The notes under the pieces are model-generated. The model was given only the letters and a program-made list of their open reading frames with translations, was not told where the DNA came from and made no database searches. A stretch of DNA of 56,460 nt, the filler included, from Squatina squatina (Eukaryota): assembly GCA_031763465.1 (NCBI GenBank). It is 3 parts of 3 records of this genome, joined end to end, with 100 filler letters (N's around TTAATTAATTAA, not from the genome) between each part and the next. Parts side by side here need not be neighbours in the genome. Positions count along the whole stretch, not along the records: positions 37,919 to 56,460 come from JARFOE010000073.1; 2 more parts are not named here. The stretch is one strand, 5' to 3'. Below are positions 52,151-56,460 of this stretch, piece by piece (position 1 is the first letter of the stretch; every line of letters starts with the position of its first letter). The position numbers and the translations under genes were made by a program.

Positions 52151-52257
52151 AAGTAAGTCAAAGAATGAGTTTAAAAAAAGAGCAGTGGAGGGAGACCAGG
52201 AAGGCTGCACTGTACTGCATGACATCCAGAAACCAGTGTCCCTAGAGGTCCTCTTAC

Positions 52258-52299
52258 CTGTACTGAACCAAGGATGGATGCCCGCGGAGGGTTCGCCTT
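52258..52299 (-). CDS. Internal 42-nt exon of the same unidentified gene
   Basis: TTGTGTTTTAG|KANPPRASILGSVQ|GTAAGA; strong splice sites, phase 0/0, CpG-containing. Confidence 0.6.
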
Positions 52300-53204
52300 C
52301 TAAAACACAATGTCACATAGTTATGCCACGTGCTACAAGTAGAACTGCAGCATAATTTCACACCAATTTCTATGGCACGGGTCATTCCAGATTGTCTTTG
52401 GGAACATCTGTACAACTCACTTTCAACCAGCAGCACACCACCATGCAAGTGAATGCTTTCTTCCCTGGGAGCTGTCTTAAGACATCTTAAGATGGCCCAT
52501 TGCATCTACATTCCATAACCCAATCTCTGAGTGACTCAACAGGGATCAAGGCCTTTTCTTTACAGCTACACAGTTGTTCTTTCCCAGGACTCGTTTTTCC
52601 TTATAGTGATCAGTCATTTTACTTTCTGAGACAACTTTTGAAATCTTTTTATTTTAGTTTTTATTACCTTTCCTGTCATCCAAGCCTACTTTGATTACTA
52701 TCTATTCTGGCAACTCCTAATTATACATTTTGTCACTACCCTCACAATTACTTTTTAAAGTCTATTCCACTTAGTCACTCTTTGATAGTCCTGTTTAATT
52801 TTTATTTTACATGGGTGCACATTAGGTTGGATTCCATTTTTATGATGGAAGCAGAATACAGGATTAAATATTTTCAATTTAACAAGTGAATTTTTTTTCC
52901 AGCATCTTCAATTAAGAACTAAAGAAAAAGTGATGCACCAACATATTGCACCAGAGTGGCAAGATGTAGTTTGTGTTCATCATCTTCAATGTTCTGTATT
53001 TCTAATTGTAGTCTTGATGCCATAGGGACACATTGAATAGAGGCTAGGAAGCTCTAGGAGAGTTGTTCCGAGTTCATTGAGACACATTTAAACTCCCCTG
53101 TTTCAAAGCAGCATTGGAAGCATAGAAGCAGATCACTAATCAAAAGCATGCCACAGTCTTTGCCTATGTAATAGCTTTATTCATAACATACATAAAAAAT
53201 ATAT

Positions 53205-53628
53205 ATTTAAATAGTGCATATCATGACCCAAGGATGTTTTAATGCACTTTACTGCCAATTAAGTACTTCTGAAGTGTAGTCACTGTTGTAATGTAGGGAA
53301 ACGCGGCAGTCAATTTGTGGACCCACAGCAAGGACCCACAAACAGTAATTAGATAATGACCAGATAATCTGTTTTTGATGGTGTTAATTGAGGAATATAT
53401 GTTGGCTAGGACACTGGGAGAACTCCCATGCTCTTCAGCGAATAGTGCCATGAGATCTTTTACACCCACAAGAGGGCAAACAGGCTGTCAAGTTTAATGT
53501 CTCAACCGAAAGAACACTTTTGACAGAGCAGCACTCTCTCCGTACTGCACTGAAGTGTCAGTCTAGATTGAAACCACAACCTTCTGATTCAGAAGTAAAA
53601 ATGTATCCACTAAGACAAAGGCTGACAT
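53205..53628 (-). mobile_element. Deu-domain SINE copy
   Basis: Same core, more diverged. Confidence 0.75.
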
Positions 53629-54410
53629 TTATAATCCACTATCATATCACATCCCATTGATCAGCATTGCTGATATCTAACTTGCCTACCTGGTGTAAAC
53701 CTGGTTTACTGGGTCAAGAGATGTGCTCCACGAATTGGGTGTAACATGTGCCACCCAGATTATATTGGTTGCTCTGCCTTCCTCTGAAACTCACCACAGT
53801 GTACATGTATGCTATTATTAAAGGTGATGTTTTGAATCTGGGAAGAAGTCAAAATGCTCAGTATGCTTGGCCAGTATAACACGGCTGGCACAACTGAACA
53901 GTGCTAAATAGCATTGCTTCAGTGGCTAGTATTCACAACTAGCGAAATATAATGGTAATTTACAAACTAGAAGTTAGGGCATATTAGCACCATTCTTGAT
54001 CTTGAATATAGCTTGGACAAATTAGCAAAAAAATAAATTATTTTATCTTTGACTACTAGAATTTTAGTCACATAGGCGAAAAAAAATCATATATCCCACA
54101 GTTTACAGATCCGACCACGCTTTAAGTAGCAAAGTCATACATGTTAAAATATACAATTTCAAGTCTAAGGTATCAAGGTTATCAATTTGCAGAAGTACTG
54201 TTGTTTTTATAAGTAGCCAATTCACTTGCAGACCCACATATTTATAAATATATATACACAACCATATGGACTGTAAATAAACATTCATAGTAATTTAATG
54301 ACAATTTCATCTGGACTAAATCGCCTAATTCCGATCTGCTGCTTTATTTTCAATTAACCCTTTCATTTCAAATCTGATTTTACTTTTTTTAATTATTTGT
54401 TGGCACTCAC

Positions 54411-54491
54411 ATTGCTGCTGAACTTGTTAGTTTTCTTTATTGGAAGTGACCCGTCGACAGGAAAGTTCGCAATGGTATTCTTCTTAATGTT
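54411..54491 (-). CDS. Internal 81-nt exon of the same unidentified gene
   Basis: AATTTTTCAG|NIKKNTIANFPVDGSLPIKKTNKFSSN|GTGAGT; phase 0/0. Confidence 0.58.
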
Positions 54492-55084
54492 CTGAAAAAT
54501 TATATTTTTAAAAAGAATTAATTAGTAATTTGAATTATTCAGAAATCAATATTGCCTGGTTCAGCATCAGGACCTGGTTTAGCTGTTGAAACAAGGTTTG
54601 TCCCAAATTAAGTGCCAGATTAAGGTCAAAGTGAATTATAAAGAAGCATGAAGGAAGGTTCATCAGTTAATACAAAGAGAATGGGTTAACCATCTTCAAA
54701 ATTACACACACTTCTTGCAAGTTTTCCACTGAAACAAAAACAATTTCATCCTATCCTGCATATAACTTGGAACTGCAACATTATACATCCACTTTGGTGT
54801 TATGAAACCTATCCTAAGCAAATAAACATAAAACTGAAAAAAAAGAGATGAATAGCAGTCTTGTGCTAAAACTGAACAATACCTTTGAATTAAACTGAAC
54901 AATACCTATCGTATCAACAACATTTAATGAGGACATGTGCTACAAATTACATTATACTTGTATGGAATACCAGTGTAACTCATTCATGTAATATAACCTG
55001 CACCTCATCAGTCTCATCTGACTAATTTCGTGACATCAGTAACAATTATTATGTTGTTCTTTACTCATAATTACAGCCCCACAT

Positions 55085-55201
55085 ACCCAACTGGGCCTAC
55101 GACAGGTAGTGAGAGAACCAACACGAGGGGAAAACCTGCTTGACCTCGTCCTCACCAATCTACCGGTAGCAGAAGCATCTGTCCATGACAGCATTGGTAG
55201 C
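55085..55201 (+). mobile_element. LINE endonuclease-domain fragment
   Basis: LGLRQVVREPTRGENLLDLVLTNLPV...DSIGS (APE-type endonuclease C-terminus). Confidence 0.8.
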
Positions 55202-55529
55202 NNNNNNNNNNNNNNNNNNNNNNNNNNNNNNNNNNNNNNNNNNNNNNNNNNNNNNNNNNNNNNNNNNNNNNNNNNNNNNNNNNNNNNNNNNNNNNNNNNN
55301 NTGTCCTAAATGAACAGCTGATCGCCACCCTTCAACAGAACTTCCAGGCTTCAACCTAGCCCTGAAACAGTGGTCTGTATTGAACCGTTTCAGATCATCA
55401 CATGGCAGATGCATTCATTTCTTACACCGCTGGAAGATGAAATTATGCACAATGTGACTGCGAACACCAGTCACAAACTATGGGCCACATTGTAAATCAG
55501 TGCCTGCTTTAAGTTACTTTCAAAGTTAC

Positions 55530-55637
55530 CTGCTGGCTCACCAATATGGACTTGGTTATTTGAACATTGCTAATCATCTCTTTTACCATGCGGTAATAGT
55601 AGTAGTCGTACTCCGTCTCAATTCCATTCTTCTCCAT
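55530..55637 (-). CDS. Possible first coding exon of the same unidentified gene
   Basis: In-frame TAG, then MEKNGIETEYDYYYYRMVKEMISNVQITKSILVSQQ|GTAACT; 108 nt, phase 0. Separated from the downstream exons by a gap. Confidence 0.35.
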
Positions 55638-56334
55638 CTATATTTTACTTGTTCCTTCTCCTTTGTTGAGCTGTATTCTTATATCCTGCTTCTATTCTTT
55701 TTCATCTTCATTTGTGTCCATCTCCTTCCTGCAGCTGGGATAGCTAGAATGCAAGGGGCTGGGAAGAGAGCAGTCCAGACTGCAGAGCTGAATGCTTTTA
55801 TTTATTTAATACCCCTCCCCCCTTTAATATTATAGGCTCTATTTTATATCATTGGGCTGCAATTACTTGGTTCCGTGTGGAGAAAACATTGGAGGGAGAT
55901 TGGCAGAAAGAACTAAAAAAGTGATTCATGCTGAAACACTGACACAACTGCAACAGAACCCAAGTTTGGAGGCAAAAACAGTTTGTAAAGTTTTCAAAAA
56001 GCAGTGTAGATTGATGGAAAGCTCCAGATTTTAGGATCATCATGAAAAGACACCCTCTAAATCATTGTTTAACAAACCTAGCTAAGTGATTTTGATTTTA
56101 GGTTCTCAAATGATTCAGTTGAACTATAACAGATGCTGGAACAAATAATACAAAATCAAGTAGCTATGCTCACTGTTTAATCTTAAATACTTCAAACCAG
56201 CTAAGCACAATAATATGCAATGTGACATAAAACCCATGTGCACAGACCCATGCTCAAACGGGAAAGGCCTGTGGTTTGAAATTCAGATCAAATTCATATA
56301 GCATGCAGAAGTCAAAGGCAAGTGTGACATAGTT

Positions 56335-56460
56335 AATTCAGAAACAAGGGTTCTGAACTTAAAGAAAGGTAACTTTGAGGGTCTGAGACGGGAATTGGCC
56401 AAGATAGACTGGCAAATGATGCTTAAGGGGTTGACGGTGGATATGCAATGGAAGGCATTT
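56335..56460 (+). mobile_element. CR1 LINE ORF2 fragment running off the window
   Basis: RVLNLKKGNFEGLRRELAKIDWQMMLKGLTVDMQWKAF, with no stops. Confidence 0.75.

Noticed and set aside
1155-55414. ORF-track entries containing long X runs
   Set aside because: They are open only because N gaps contain no stop codons.
1-56460. Prokaryotic systems (CRISPR, operons, phage) or endogenous viral genes
   Set aside because: No regularly spaced repeat-spacer array, long ORFs or viral motifs were seen; all content fits vertebrate nuclear DNA.

Overview
Eukaryotic, gap-rich vertebrate DNA. The repeat families (Deu-domain SINEs, CR1 LINE tails, Harbinger-type elements) suggest a cartilaginous fish such as a shark; this is an inference. 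Two artificial N44-TTAATTAATTAA-N44 linkers (17916-18015, 37819-37918) split the window into three blocks that may be unrelated, and many 100-N gaps hide unknown amounts of sequence. Most ORF-track entries are spurious, and real coding signal appears only as spliced exons. The middle block has a clear FFAR4/GPR120 exon 2 (-), two CEP55-like exons (-) and a lipoprotein-lipase-family exon 2 (+). The right block has an unidentified all-phase-0, 3-4 exon gene on the minus strand (up to 148 aa) and three clustered, decayed Harbinger-type Myb/SANT gene copies. The rest is RTE, CR1 and L2 LINE fragments, at least three SINE-like families, palindromic MITE-like elements and microsatellites. I cannot demonstrate a new biological system from the sequence alone. 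The best leads are the FFAR4/CEP55-like/LPL-like linkage and the orphan multi-exon gene.
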